Below, piece after piece: positions 38,590 to 48,826 of a stretch of 64,000 nt of DNA (positions are counted from its first letter, which is position 1; every line of letters starts with the position of its first letter). This DNA comes from an uncultured delta proteobacterium (GTDB lineage Bacteria; Myxococcota_A; Polyangia; Polyangiales; Polyangiaceae). The position numbers and the translations under genes were made by a program. The notes beneath the pieces are model-generated. The model searched no databases. It saw nothing but the letters and a program-made list of their open reading frames with translations, and was not told the origin of the DNA. The stretch spans positions 1,760,001-1,824,000 of the forward strand of contig CAWJCS010000005.1 of NCBI GenBank assembly GCA_963841435.1, in the 5' to 3' direction.

Positions 38590-39538
38590 TCAGCTCACGC
38601 GGCGTAGCTTCCGCCGGACGGGCAGCTCGCTGTCGTAAACGCGCTTCACGCCGTCCCCGAGGGCGCTTTCCACTTCGCGGATGCTCCGCACGAGCTCGCT
38701 CAGCGTGTCGATTTCGACCGACGCGGCGTGATCGCTGCCCCACATCGTGCGGTCGAGCGTGATGTGGCGCTCGACGAACGTGGCGCCGAGCGCGACGGCC
38801 GAGAGCGTGGGCAAGAGCCCTTCCTCGTGCCCCGAGTAGCCGATGGGGCACTCCGCGTAGTTCTTGCGCAGCGTCTCGATCATGCGCAGGTTGAGCTCGC
38901 CCGTGGGGCATGGATAGGTCGAGGTCGCGTGAGCGATGAGCAGCTGCTCGGTGCCGATCCAGGCGACGCTCCGCGCGATTTCCTCGGCCGTCGACATGCC
39001 CGTCGAACAGGATGAGCGGTCGCCCCGTCGCGCGTATCATCGCGAGCAAGTCGAGATCCGTGAGCGACGCCGATGCGACCTTGTAGCAGGGCGGGTCGAA
39101 GCGCTCGATGAACTCGACGCTCGGCTCGTCCCAACACGACGCGAACCACGGCACGCCGAGCTCGCGGCAATGGCGCGAAAGCTCGCGCAGCTCGCGCTCT
39201 CCGAGCTCGACGCGGCGCTTGTAGTCGATGTAGCTCATGCGACCCCAGGGCGTGTCGCGCATGACGCCCCATTGATCGCGCGGCACGCAGAGCTCCGGCG
39301 TGCGCTTCTGGATCTTCACCGCGTCGACCCCGGCGCGCGCGGCTCCCTCCACGAGGTTCTTTGCCAGCTCGAGCGAGCCGTTGTGGTTGATGCCGATCTC
39401 CGCGATCACGAACACCGGCTCGTGCTCCCCGACCCAGGCACCTCCGATGCGCACGCGACGGGTCGCCGTCGCGGGTTTCGGGCGGGCGACGGGGAGGTTT
39501 TGCAGGAGGCCGTCGAGCAGAACATTGGCCGTTGTCAT
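38590..39538 (-). CDS. N-acetylneuraminate synthase (NeuB) family ulosonate synthase, no C-terminal SAF domain; +1 frameshift at ~39006
   Basis: IAEIGINHNGS, KIQKR, YKVASASLTD, restored ILSTGMS, GYSGHE, VERHITLDR. Confidence 0.9.
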
Positions 39539-40071
39539 CCGTGTTCGTCTTCCTTTCTCCAGCCGAGAATCGAGTCGGCGAGCTCACGGAAAGCGCCCGC
39601 GCCGCCTTCGGCGTCGGTGCAGAAGTGGACGACCTCGCGCACGGCAGCGACCGCGTTCGCGGGCGCCGCGGCGATGCCATGCTCGGCGACGCGCACGAGC
39701 GCACCGAGATCGTTCACGTCGTCGCCGATGTAGGCGATTTCGTCGAGCGACAGGCCGCCGGCCCGCGCGAGCACGGTGTCGAGCTCGAGGGCCTTGTCCT
39801 GCACGCCCAGGTACACGTGGTCGAGGTGGAGCTTGCGGGCGCGCTGCGTGATGCTCGAGCCTCGCTCCTTCGACATCCACGCCGTCTCGATGCCGGCGTT
39901 TCTGAGCAGCTCGCTGCCCATGCCGTCTCGCACGGAAAAACGGCGAAATTCCTCGCCATACAGCGAGAAGTAGACACCGGTGTCCGTCAGCACGCCGTCG
40001 ACGTCGGTGACGACGAGACGGATGCGGCGCGCACGGCGCTTGAGCTCACGGTCCTCGAGAGGTCTCACCAT
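39535..40071 (-). CDS. KdsC/YrbI-family HAD ulosonate-phosphate phosphatase
   Basis: TDVDGVLTD, FSVRDGMG, YIGDDVND, GGAGAFRE. Confidence 0.9.
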   Translation of the reverse strand: MVRPLEDRELKRRARRIRLVVTDVDGVLTDTGVYFSLYGEEFRRFSVRDGMGSELLRNAGIETAWMSKERGSSITQRARKLHLDHVYLGVQDKALELDTVLARAGGLSLDEIAYIGDDVNDLGALVRVAEHGIAAAPANAVAAVREVVHFCTDAEGGAGAFRELADSILGWRKEDEHG

Positions 40072-40874
40072 ATCGTAAAGCCTCCGTCGATCACCAGATT
40101 GGCGCCCGTCATGTAGGACGACGCGTCGCTCGCCAGGAACACCACGGCGCCGCGGTAGTCTTCGCGACGCGCCATGCGGCCGAGCGGCGTGTGCTTCGCG
40201 TACTCGGCGACGAAGGCTTCGTCCTGACTCGCTCGCACGCCGCCGGGCGAAAGCGCGTTCACGCGGACCCCGCGCGGCCCCCAGTACGCCGCGAGGTAGC
40301 GCGTGAGCTGGAGCACCGCCGCCTTGCTCGCCGGGTAGGCGGGGCCCTTGAAGAACGTCTGGCTGCCGTCGGTTCGGCGATAGAGGTCTTGGCGCGGCGC
40401 CGTGATGCCGTACGTCGAGGCGACGTTGACGATGCTGCCCCGCCCCGCCTCGGCCATGGGCGCGCCGAGCTTCTGGCACGCGAGAAAGACGCCCGTCACG
40501 TTGACGTCGAGCTGGCGACGAAAGGCGTCGAGCGGGTAGTCTTCGAAGCGCGGGCTTTCGGCGTCGCCGACGACCTTGTCGTCGATCGCGGCGTTGTTGA
40601 CGAGCACGTCGATGTGACCGAAGGCCGAGAGCGTCGCATCGCGCAGGTGCTCGACGGCCGAGGGGTCCGTGAGATCGGCTGCCAGGCCCAGCACGTCGCG
40701 GCCGGTCGTTCTGCCGAGCCGGCGCGCGAAGCCCGCGATGCGCTCGTCCTCGCCGAGATCCGTCGCGACGACCGTGGCGCCGGCGGCCGAGAGCGCCGCG
40801 CAGTGCTCCTGACCGAGCAACCCGAGCGCGCCGGTGACGATCGCCACCTTGCCTTCGAGCCCGAACGCCTGCAT
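40065..40874 (-). CDS. SDR family oxidoreductase
   Basis: TGALGLLG, LVNNAA, YPASK, VRVNALSPGG, VIDGGFT. Confidence 0.92.
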   Translation of the reverse strand: MQAFGLEGKVAIVTGALGLLGQEHCAALSAAGATVVATDLGEDERIAGFARRLGRTTGRDVLGLAADLTDPSAVEHLRDATLSAFGHIDVLVNNAAIDDKVVGDAESPRFEDYPLDAFRRQLDVNVTGVFLACQKLGAPMAEAGRGSIVNVASTYGITAPRQDLYRRTDGSQTFFKGPAYPASKAAVLQLTRYLAAYWGPRGVRVNALSPGGVRASQDEAFVAEYAKHTPLGRMARREDYRGAVVFLASDASSYMTGANLVIDGGFTIW

Positions 40875-42190
40875 CAGCGGGGTCTCCGTTCGGTGGTGCG
40901 GAACACCGGTTGCACGGGTCGGCCCTCGATGCGCGTCTCGAGCGTGCCATCGGCTAGCGCGTCGCGAAGGACATCGAGGGCGCGGTCGTAGGCGCCGAGC
41001 ACGTGCGTCACGTCCTCGTCGCGGTGCGAAAACGAGAGGTTGTGAAAGCCCGAGAACAGCACGCCGTGCCGGATCAGCTCCTGCTGCACGAGGGACTTCT
41101 GCAAAAGCGGATCGCCTGCGGAAGCATCGAATTCGATGAGCGTGCGGCACGGCAAGCCGACGGCGCGCGTCGCGAGGCCCTTCTTGCGCGCGAGCTCGTC
41201 GTAGCCGCGCGCGAGGCGCGAACCCTGTGCCTCGAGTCGGGCCGGCACCTGCTGCTCTCGGAGCTCGAGCAGCGTCGCCTTCGCCGCCGCGAGCGACAGC
41301 GCCTCGCCGCCGAACGTCGTGAAGAAGAACACGTCCTCGTCGAGGCGGCGCATCACGTCCCTGCGGCCCGTGAGCACGCTGAACGGCATGCCGTTGGCAA
41401 TCGCCTTCGAGAAGCACGCGAGGTCGGCCGTGACGTCGTAGCGCTCCTGCGCGCCGCCGAGCGCGACCCGAAAGCCCGTCCACATCTCGTCGAAGACGAG
41501 CAAGGCGCCCGCCGCTCGACAGGCGCGCGACAGCTCGTGCAAGAAGCCGTGCGCCGGCTCCTCGAACAGCACCGGCTCGAGGATCACGCAGGCGACGCTG
41601 TCGTCGAGCGCGGCCCGCAGGCCCTCGAGGTCGCCGTAGCGGAAAGCCTGCGTGAGAGCGCGGGTTCCTGCGGGGACGCCGGCGGGGCGCGGCGTCGTGC
41701 CGACGTACCAGTCGTGCCAGCCGTGGTAGCCCGAGCACAGCACGCGCTCGCGGCCCGTGTGGGCCCGCGCGAGCCGCACCGCGGCGCTCGTCACGTCGCA
41801 GCCCGTCTTGCTGAAGCGGACCGATTCGGCGCCGGGCACCATGGCGTGGACGAGCTCGGCCACCTCGACCTCGAGCGGATGCATCAACGAGAACGTGATG
41901 CCGTCGGCGAGCTGGGCGCGCACGGCGTCGTCGACACGGGGGTAGGCGTAGCCGAGCGACAGCGGCCCGACCGCCATCGTGAGGTCGATGTATTCGTTTT
42001 CGTCCGCGTCCCACACGTGGGAGCCGAGCCCGCGCACGAGGTACTTCGGGGCGACACCGTTGACGTACTGCGTCGGGCCCTTCGCGAGGGTTTGGGTCCC
42101 GGCCGGGATCAGTCCGCGGGCTCGCGCATAGAGCGCCTCGGACGCCGCGATCGCGGGGAGCGGCTGGTCGTAAGCTACGTGGTTCGGCAT
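40874..42190 (-). CDS. Class III PLP aminotransferase (GSA-aminomutase-like, sugar-pathway context)
   Basis: GSHVWDAD.NEYID, RFSKTGCD, YHGWHD, FDEMWTGFR, FSKAIANG. Confidence 0.9.
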   Translation of the reverse strand: MPNHVAYDQPLPAIAASEALYARARGLIPAGTQTLAKGPTQYVNGVAPKYLVRGLGSHVWDADENEYIDLTMAVGPLSLGYAYPRVDDAVRAQLADGITFSLMHPLEVEVAELVHAMVPGAESVRFSKTGCDVTSAAVRLARAHTGRERVLCSGYHGWHDWYVGTTPRPAGVPAGTRALTQAFRYGDLEGLRAALDDSVACVILEPVLFEEPAHGFLHELSRACRAAGALLVFDEMWTGFRVALGGAQERYDVTADLACFSKAIANGMPFSVLTGRRDVMRRLDEDVFFFTTFGGEALSLAAAKATLLELREQQVPARLEAQGSRLARGYDELARKKGLATRAVGLPCRTLIEFDASAGDPLLQKSLVQQELIRHGVLFSGFHNLSFSHRDEDVTHVLGAYDRALDVLRDALADGTLETRIEGRPVQPVFRTTERRPR

Positions 42191-42210
42191 GGGCGTTCCG
42201 TCCGTGCGAC

Positions 42211-43023
42211 TCAGGCTCCCACCCAGGAAATTCCGTCGTCCGAAAGGCGTACGGAGCGCAGCTCCCCGACGTGCTTGCGCTGCCAGCTGTTTCCCGCCCA
42301 GCGCGCGTTCAAGGAGAGAAGCTCCGGCCTCTGCTCGAGCAAGCCGAGGATCGACGAGAGCGGGAAGACCGGCCGCGCGTCATCGTGGAGCGCGTCGTAC
42401 ACGGCGCTGATGAACGCGTAGTCCTCGGCATAGTCGAGCGTGAAGCGGTGGCTCCGCGACAGGTCGCGGCCGGCCTCCCAGCGTACGTTGAGGATGCGAA
42501 AGCGATCGGGCTGGTCCCAGATGAACGGTGTCGTGTGCTCGCGCTCGAGGGGGCGGCGGGCCTCGCGAAACGCGCGCTCGAGCACGTCGCGCGGGATCAC
42601 CTCGATGTCGTTGCCGTCCGGCCAGCTCGGCGGGCAGAGGTTCGTCGCGAGGTCGCAGCCGCCACGCGCGCTGTCGAATGCACCGAGCACGCGCTCGATG
42701 GCGGCGGGATCGATGAGCGGGCAATCCGAGGGAATTTTCACGATCGCGTCGGCTCCCGCGCGCCTTCCCGCCTGCACGTGGCGCCCGAGCAGGTCCGTCG
42801 GGTGGCCGCTCAAGCAGTTGACCGACAGCCGCTGGCAAAGCTCGCGGATGGGCTCGTCGGCGGCCTCGGTGGTGGTCGCCACGCACAGCTCGAAAAGTGC
42901 GCGCGCCGCCCGAACACGCTCGATCAGGCGCTCGAGCGCGGGGCGCCCGGCGAGCGGCATGAGCACCTTGCCGGGCAGCCGCGTCGAGCCGACGCGCGCC
43001 TGAATGACGACGAGCTTCTTCAT
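42211..43023 (-). CDS. SpsF-like cytidylyltransferase
   Basis: IQARVGSTRLPGKVL, KIPSDCPLID, REHTTP, RFTLDYAED. Confidence 0.9.
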   Translation of the reverse strand: MKKLVVIQARVGSTRLPGKVLMPLAGRPALERLIERVRAARALFELCVATTTEAADEPIRELCQRLSVNCLSGHPTDLLGRHVQAGRRAGADAIVKIPSDCPLIDPAAIERVLGAFDSARGGCDLATNLCPPSWPDGNDIEVIPRDVLERAFREARRPLEREHTTPFIWDQPDRFRILNVRWEAGRDLSRSHRFTLDYAEDYAFISAVYDALHDDARPVFPLSSILGLLEQRPELLSLNARWAGNSWQRKHVGELRSVRLSDDGISWVGA

Positions 43024-44027
43024 GCGACCTCCCGCAGGAGACGGAGAGGAGAGCGCGCCGCGAGCACGTCGCGACAGACCGCGGCGATGTTGCGGGCTGC
43101 CGAGCGGTTCTGCACCGGTATGAGGCGCCGCAGCGTCTCGACCGGAAAGTAGGAATGCACCTCTTTGCCGAGGGCGAGCGCCACGAAGGCGGTGGACGAA
43201 TACTGCGTGATGACGACGTCTGCGTTGGCGATCATCGCGTCCGTGGGCCCGTCGGTGAGCACGCGCGCCTGAGGCAGGTACCGCGCTACCTCGCGCGTGG
43301 CTCGTTCGACGAGCTCGTTCGGATGCAGCTTGAACAGCGTGGGGCGCCCCTTCGCGATGTCGCGAGCCCAGCCGAGGAAGCGACGGCGACTATCGAACTT
43401 CAACGTTTCGCGCGTGTCGGAGCTCAGCACGAGCACGTAGCCCCTGTGGGGAAAGTCATTTCGAAGAAATGACGCGCAGTCGTCGAAATTCGGCAGGCCC
43501 GTGACGACCATGCGCTCGCGCGGTGCGCCGCGTTCAGCGAACCAATCCTTGTAGCCCTCGCTTGCAACGCAGAAGCGTTCGTAGGCACAGCTCAGCCCGG
43601 TCGCGGCCGTGCCAGCGATCCAGCGCGGAAAAATCTTGGGAAAGCGCCGCACGAGGGAAAACGCGAAGGTGTCCGGATCGAGGATTCCCTCCTGGACGGC
43701 GACGAGCGGGACGCCCGAAAGGTTCTTCGGCACGAGCACGTCGGACGACGTGACGGCGAGCTCGTAACCGCCGTTCAGACCTCGGAAATCGATCGTGAGG
43801 TCGTGCTCGCGGAGGTAGTCGAGGCAACGCCCCGTGTGCTTGTTGCCGCTGATGGTAGTCTCCAAAGCCCCGATCCGACGCAGGATTTCCGTGCCCGTGT
43901 TGCAGTAGTACGGCGAAAACGCCGCATGGACCTCGGGCAACGCGCGCGCGACCTGATGCATCTGGGTGGTCTGGTTGAGTGACCCGCAGATGAAGAGGGC
44001 CGTCGGGCGCCGCGACCTGGTCGTCAC
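43020..44027 (-). CDS. Hypothetical GT-B-fold protein (possible ulosonate glycosyltransferase)
   Basis: VVTGLPNFD, FKLHPNE, ADVVITQYSST.FVALALGK. Start at GTG 44027 is uncertain. Confidence 0.65.
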   Translation of the reverse strand: MTTRSRRPTALFICGSLNQTTQMHQVARALPEVHAAFSPYYCNTGTEILRRIGALETTISGNKHTGRCLDYLREHDLTIDFRGLNGGYELAVTSSDVLVPKNLSGVPLVAVQEGILDPDTFAFSLVRRFPKIFPRWIAGTAATGLSCAYERFCVASEGYKDWFAERGAPRERMVVTGLPNFDDCASFLRNDFPHRGYVLVLSSDTRETLKFDSRRRFLGWARDIAKGRPTLFKLHPNELVERATREVARYLPQARVLTDGPTDAMIANADVVITQYSSTAFVALALGKEVHSYFPVETLRRLIPVQNRSAARNIAAVCRDVLAARSPLRLLREVA

Positions 44028-44194
44028 GTTCGAGGAACCTAAGGTGCCGAGGGGAACGTTGGGTCTCAGAACATCAACGTCCTCGTAGCAAGCGCGTGGC
44101 AATCCGCGCACGGCTGCGAGGAGGTTGTGCGACGGCACCGAACCGTCACGAATTCTTGGCAGTGCCGTCCACTTGGGCTGGTGGACTCACTCGC

Positions 44195-46129
44195 ATGGGT
44201 GAGCAGGCGTTATCGGCGGTGACGGGTCGTATGTGCTGGGTGCCGTACCCGGAGCTCCAGAGGATCCGGGCGAGCCAGGTGGACCGTGTGGCGCGAGCAG
44301 CGCTCTTCGCGGACGCCTGTCGCCTCAACGCGCTCTACATGATCGCGCGCGCCGGGTCGGGGCACATCGGGAGCTCCTTCTCGAGCCTCGATCTGGTCTC
44401 GTGGCTGCACTTAGAGGAGCTCCCGCGAGCGGGAGATCCCCCTGGAAACCTGTATTTTTCCTCGAAGGGGCACGATGCCCCGGGCCTGTATGCCGTGTTG
44501 CTCGGCCTCGGTCAGCTGCCCTTCGAGAACCTGCATGCCTTGCGCCGGCTCGGCGGTTTGCCCGGCCATCCCAACGTCGGCACCCCGGGCATGCCCTTCA
44601 ACACGGGTTCGCTCGGGATGGGGATCTCCAAAGCGAAGGGGCTCGCCCTGGCACGTCGTCAACGGGGGCTCGGCGGGCGGATCTACGTGCTCACCGGCGA
44701 CGGCGAGCTCCAGGAAGGCCAGATCTGGGAGGCGTTGCTCTCGGCGCCCCGCTCACGGCTCGAAGAGATCACCGTCCTCGTGGATCACAATAAGCTGCAG
44801 TCCGACGCTTTCGTCGAGCGAACGAGCCCGCTCGGCGATCTCACCGGCAAGCTCGAGAGCTTCGGCGCCTGGGTCGCGCGCGTGGATGGGCACGATCTCG
44901 GAGCGTTCGCGGCGACGCTCGAGAGGGCGCGCTCACAGCGCGGGCGGTTGAAGGTGATCGTGGCCGACACCGTGAAGGGCCGCGGCGTTTCCTTCATGGA
45001 GCACACGAGCTCCGATTCGGACGTCACGCACTACCGCTTCCATTCGGGCGCTCCAGACGCCGAGTCGTACGCTCTCGCTGTCGAGGAGCTCTCCGAGCGC
45101 TTGGCGCGCCGCGCCGATGCGCTGCGTCTGCCGCGCCCGTGCCTCGAGTGGGTCGAGCGGCCGTCACTCCCCTCGGGGCCGCCGCCGCGCGACGCGCTGA
45201 TCCCCGCCTACGCCGCCGCGCTCGTCAACGTGATGGAGAGGTTTCCCAACGTCGTCGCCCTGGACGCGGATCTCGCCCACGACACGGGTCAGTCGCCGGT
45301 GCGCGAGCGCTTTCCCGGGCGGTGCCACGAATGCGGCATCGCCGAGATGGACATGGTGAGCATGGCGGGCGGCATGGCGCGCGCCGCACTCGTGCCCATC
45401 TGCCACTCTTTCGCGTGCTTCCTTTCGACGCGCCCCAACGAGCAAATCTACAACAACGCTACCGAGCGAACCAAGGTCGTGTACGTCGCGTCGCTCGCCG
45501 GGCTCCTGCCCGCGGGGCCCGGACACTCGCACCAGAGCGTTCGCGACATCTCGGCGCTCCGCGCCATCCCGGACCTCGTGCTCGTGGCGCCGAGCTCGGC
45601 CGCCGAGGTCCTTCTGGCCCTCGAATGGTGCGTGGCCCGGCCGTCGGGAAGCAGCGTGTTGCGGCTCGAGAGCGTCCCGTGCTCGGTGCCGTTCGCACTC
45701 CCGGCGGACTACGAGCTGCGCGAGGGCATCGGCGTCTCGCTGCGGCCGGGGCGTGACGCGCTCGTCGTCGGCTACGGTCCGCTCTTGCTTTCGGCCGCGG
45801 TGCACGCCGCGGAGAAGCTCGGCGAGCAAGGGCTCTCGATCGGCGTCGTGAATCTGCCGTGGCTCAATCGCGTGGACCGCGCCTGGCTCGCGAGGATCGC
45901 GGAGAGCACGCCCCATCTTTTCACGCTCGACAATCACTTCGTCGACGGCGGTCAGGGCGAAATGATCGCGGCCCAGCTCTCGGAGCTCGGCTTCGAGCGA
46001 CCGCCGCGCCTCCGGCGCTTCGGCGTCGAGGGTATCCCGGCGTGCGGCGCGAACGACGAGGTGCTCCGCCATCACGCGCTCGATGCCGACAGCCTCGCCG
46101 AGCGGATGCTCGCGGCGCTTCGTGGCTAA
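44195..46129 (+). CDS. Transketolase (single chain)
   Basis: GSGHIGSSFS, SKGHDAP, GDGELQEGQIWEA..N ThDP motif, GIAEMDMV, GHSHQ. Confidence 0.9.
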   Translation: MGEQALSAVTGRMCWVPYPELQRIRASQVDRVARAALFADACRLNALYMIARAGSGHIGSSFSSLDLVSWLHLEELPRAGDPPGNLYFSSKGHDAPGLYAVLLGLGQLPFENLHALRRLGGLPGHPNVGTPGMPFNTGSLGMGISKAKGLALARRQRGLGGRIYVLTGDGELQEGQIWEALLSAPRSRLEEITVLVDHNKLQSDAFVERTSPLGDLTGKLESFGAWVARVDGHDLGAFAATLERARSQRGRLKVIVADTVKGRGVSFMEHTSSDSDVTHYRFHSGAPDAESYALAVEELSERLARRADALRLPRPCLEWVERPSLPSGPPPRDALIPAYAAALVNVMERFPNVVALDADLAHDTGQSPVRERFPGRCHECGIAEMDMVSMAGGMARAALVPICHSFACFLSTRPNEQIYNNATERTKVVYVASLAGLLPAGPGHSHQSVRDISALRAIPDLVLVAPSSAAEVLLALEWCVARPSGSSVLRLESVPCSVPFALPADYELREGIGVSLRPGRDALVVGYGPLLLSAAVHAAEKLGEQGLSIGVVNLPWLNRVDRAWLARIAESTPHLFTLDNHFVDGGQGEMIAAQLSELGFERPPRLRRFGVEGIPACGANDEVLRHHALDADSLAERMLAALRG

Positions 46130-46365
46130 ACGCACCCCGCTCGCCTCCGCGTGCGGCAACGCCCTGCCGCCCTCGTTCCCTCCCAACTGCGGCGCGCGAC
46201 CTCGACTTTCGGCGTGCCGCGGCGCCCAGAACCCACTCCGTCTCCGTTTTCGAGGTGCCGCGAGCCAAAGGTAAGGTGGTGTAGGGGCTTCTGCCGCTTT
46301 CGTGGCTTCCCGGTGCGGGGCTTGACCGCGCGCCGAGCGGACCGGCACCATGACGAATCCCGAGC

Positions 46366-47763
46366 ATGGGTGCTCGCATTTTGGTTGTCAACGACAGCCC
46401 GACCATTCGCAAGGTCGTGGGCTCGATCCTTTCGGCACGGGATTACGAGCCCGTGCTCGCCGAGGACGGCCAAGCTGCGCTCGAGCTCCTGCAGGACCAG
46501 AGGGTCGACCTCGTCCTGCTCGACTTCGTGATGCCGCGCATGAACGGCTACCAGTTCTGCCGCGAGCTCCGCGCCAACCCCGAGCTCAGGAACCTGCCCG
46601 TCGTGCTGATGAGCGCCAAGGGCGACAAGATCCGGGGGCACTTCGTCGAGCAGACGGGCGCCACCGACGCGATCACCAAGCCCTTCGATGCGCGCGGCCT
46701 CGTGGCCGTCGTCGAGGGGGCGCTCAAGCGTCAGGAGGAGGGCCGGGCGGGTCCCGTGCCCGACGCCGAGGCGATGCCGGCCGACGACGCCGAGCTTCTC
46801 GAGGACCTGCGGACGAGCCGGACGAGCCTGAGCGACAATCCCGCCTTGCGGCGCGTGCAGGCGGCGCAGGAGTTCGCCGGCGCGGTGGAGCGCGTGGTGT
46901 TCGCCGAGCTCAAGAAGCTCAAGACGCCAAAGGGAGCGGACGACGTGCTCAAGACCGCCATCGAGCGCGCCATCCGTCCCGAAACGATGAGCGCGCTCGC
47001 GACCCTGCTCCGGGCACTCAGCTACGGTGAAAACACGCGGGAAGTGCTGGCCGGCGACGTGAGCGTCGTTTCGATCGCCGAGGTGCTGCAGCTCCTGGAT
47101 CTGCAGCGGCAGTCGGGCGCCGTCAGCGTATTTACCCGCGACGCGGAGATCACGTTGTACCTGCGCAGCGGCCGCATCGACTTTGCCGCCTGGCGCGGGC
47201 TTCGGCACGAATTCTTGATTGGACGCTACCTCGTGGAGGACGGCGCCATCACCGGGGACCAGCTCCAGACCGTCGTCGAAAGTCAGGCCGCCACGAAGCG
47301 GTTGCTCGGCGAGGCCCTCGAGGAGCTCGGTTTCGTCGGCGCGGAAACCGTAAAGAGAGCACTCACCCGCCAAACGTCCGAGCTCGTTTACGAGGTGGTG
47401 CGCTGGAAGTCGGGGCGGTTCTCGTTCACGGTCGGCGCGGAGCACCCGGCCGCCAGCAAAGCGGCGCTCAGCATGGAGACGAGCGGGCTCGTCATGGAGG
47501 GCTTTCGGCGCGTCAACGAGTGGCGGCTCATCGAGGGGTCGTTCGACTTCGACGACGTGCTCTACCCCGACCCCGGCACGATCGAGCGGCTCAGCCAGGA
47601 GATGCGCCTCACGGGGCGCGAGCGCGCCGTGCTCGCCGGCATCGATGGCGAGAAGAGCATCCGCGAGCTCGTGAACGAGGTGCCGGGGAGCTCGTTCGAA
47701 GTGTGCAAAATCCTCTATCAATTCCTCAATTCACGCCTCGTGCGGCGGAAGACGGCCGCATGA
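46366..47763 (+). CDS. Response regulator with DUF4388/PATAN-like domain
   Basis: REC domain (LLDFVMPRMNG, KPF), then L.GD....IAEVLQLL..QRQSG, IGRYLVE.G.IT, MEGFRRV.EW. Confidence 0.88.
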   Translation: MGARILVVNDSPTIRKVVGSILSARDYEPVLAEDGQAALELLQDQRVDLVLLDFVMPRMNGYQFCRELRANPELRNLPVVLMSAKGDKIRGHFVEQTGATDAITKPFDARGLVAVVEGALKRQEEGRAGPVPDAEAMPADDAELLEDLRTSRTSLSDNPALRRVQAAQEFAGAVERVVFAELKKLKTPKGADDVLKTAIERAIRPETMSALATLLRALSYGENTREVLAGDVSVVSIAEVLQLLDLQRQSGAVSVFTRDAEITLYLRSGRIDFAAWRGLRHEFLIGRYLVEDGAITGDQLQTVVESQAATKRLLGEALEELGFVGAETVKRALTRQTSELVYEVVRWKSGRFSFTVGAEHPAASKAALSMETSGLVMEGFRRVNEWRLIEGSFDFDDVLYPDPGTIERLSQEMRLTGRERAVLAGIDGEKSIRELVNEVPGSSFEVCKILYQFLNSRLVRRKTAA

Positions 47764-48131
47764 CGACGCGAGCCGGCATTCTGCTGCGCGCGGGAGGCGA
47801 GCTCGGGTTCGTTCCCGCCAACGTCGCGCGTCAGGTCGTGCCGTTGCCGACGTTGAGCAGCGTCGCCAACACGCCGCTCGCCATGGCCATCGTGGGCGGC
47901 CAGGTGGTGCCCGTCGTGGCGCTCGGCACGGCGCGCAGCGCGCTCGTGCTCTGCGACATCGACGGTGAGATCGTCGGGTTCTCGGGGCTCGAGGTGGACC
48001 GCGTGGGACTTTTCGAAGCAGCCGAGGGCGGCGTGACGTATCAAGACCGCGTCGTGCACGATCTCGAGCTCGAGGCCGCGCTCCGCAGCCTCGAACAGGC
48101 GCTCGAGCCGCGCATCGGAGAGCCCGGATGA
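47760..48131 (+). CDS. Divergent CheW-like protein
   Basis: FVPANVARQVV, MAIVGGQVVPVVAL; position between the regulator and the CheA-like gene. Confidence 0.6.
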   Translation: MTTRAGILLRAGGELGFVPANVARQVVPLPTLSSVANTPLAMAIVGGQVVPVVALGTARSALVLCDIDGEIVGFSGLEVDRVGLFEAAEGGVTYQDRVVHDLELEAALRSLEQALEPRIGEPG

Positions 48132-48826
48132 CCGTGACCGTGGACGATGCAGCCGTCGTGGCGGCGCTCGACGCCGTGCGCCAGGCGCTCGCGCAGGCGA
48201 GCGTCGTGCTCGAGAATGCGACGACGGGCGTGACGCGCGAGCAGGCGCAGCTCGAGGCCGTGAGCGACGCCGCTCGCGCCTTGCCGGGCCGCGGTCGCGA
48301 CGTTCGTGCGAGCCTGCAGCTCATCCACGAGTCGCTCGAGCGCGCCAAGCTCGGCGCCCTGAACGCGGGGCTCGAGGCGGCGCGCGTCGGCGAACCGCTC
48401 GGGCAGGTGGTCATGCAGCTTTCTGCGGATCAGCGCGATCTCGTGAGCCGCGCGCTCGATTCACTCGAGGCACACGCCGCGCTGCTCTCGGAGGTCGAAC
48501 GTGACCGAGATCGCTGGCTCGACGGCGTGACGACGGCACGCGACGCCGCCGCCGCGGTCGCCGAGCAGCTCGGCGGCCTGTCGCAGCATCACCAGGAAGC
48601 CATGAGCGGTCTGCTTCGCCTCGAGCACGACCTTGGCCCCGTGCTCGGGACCGATCCGGCGACGGCGCGTCTGCTGCTCGGGCTCGCCGAGCAAGTCGAA
48701 AAGCTCGGCGCTACGATCGGCGCGCTGTCCGAGCACGCCGATCCCCGCACCGCCGAACGCTTGCGCCAGGCGCTCACGCCGCTCATGCGAGCGCTCGGGG
48801 AGGAGCCCAGGCAGGGCGGCCCGTGA
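48128..48826 (+). CDS. Soluble degenerate MCP signalling-domain protein
   Basis: ALNAGLEAARVGE hairpin-tip motif, coiled-coil character, no TM segment. Confidence 0.7.
   Translation: MTVTVDDAAVVAALDAVRQALAQASVVLENATTGVTREQAQLEAVSDAARALPGRGRDVRASLQLIHESLERAKLGALNAGLEAARVGEPLGQVVMQLSADQRDLVSRALDSLEAHAALLSEVERDRDRWLDGVTTARDAAAAVAEQLGGLSQHHQEAMSGLLRLEHDLGPVLGTDPATARLLLGLAEQVEKLGATIGALSEHADPRTAERLRQALTPLMRALGEEPRQGGP

Noticed and set aside
13677-39010. Programmed ribosomal frameshifting or true pseudogenes at the four split genes
   Set aside because: The shared GTTCGA context lies on the non-coding strand in one case and in different codon phases. The genes are otherwise undecayed, which favours a DNA-level artefact.
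40874-42190. hemL (tetrapyrrole biosynthesis)
   Set aside because: It is embedded in a sugar-nucleotide operon with no hem genes nearby; only the fold family is supported.
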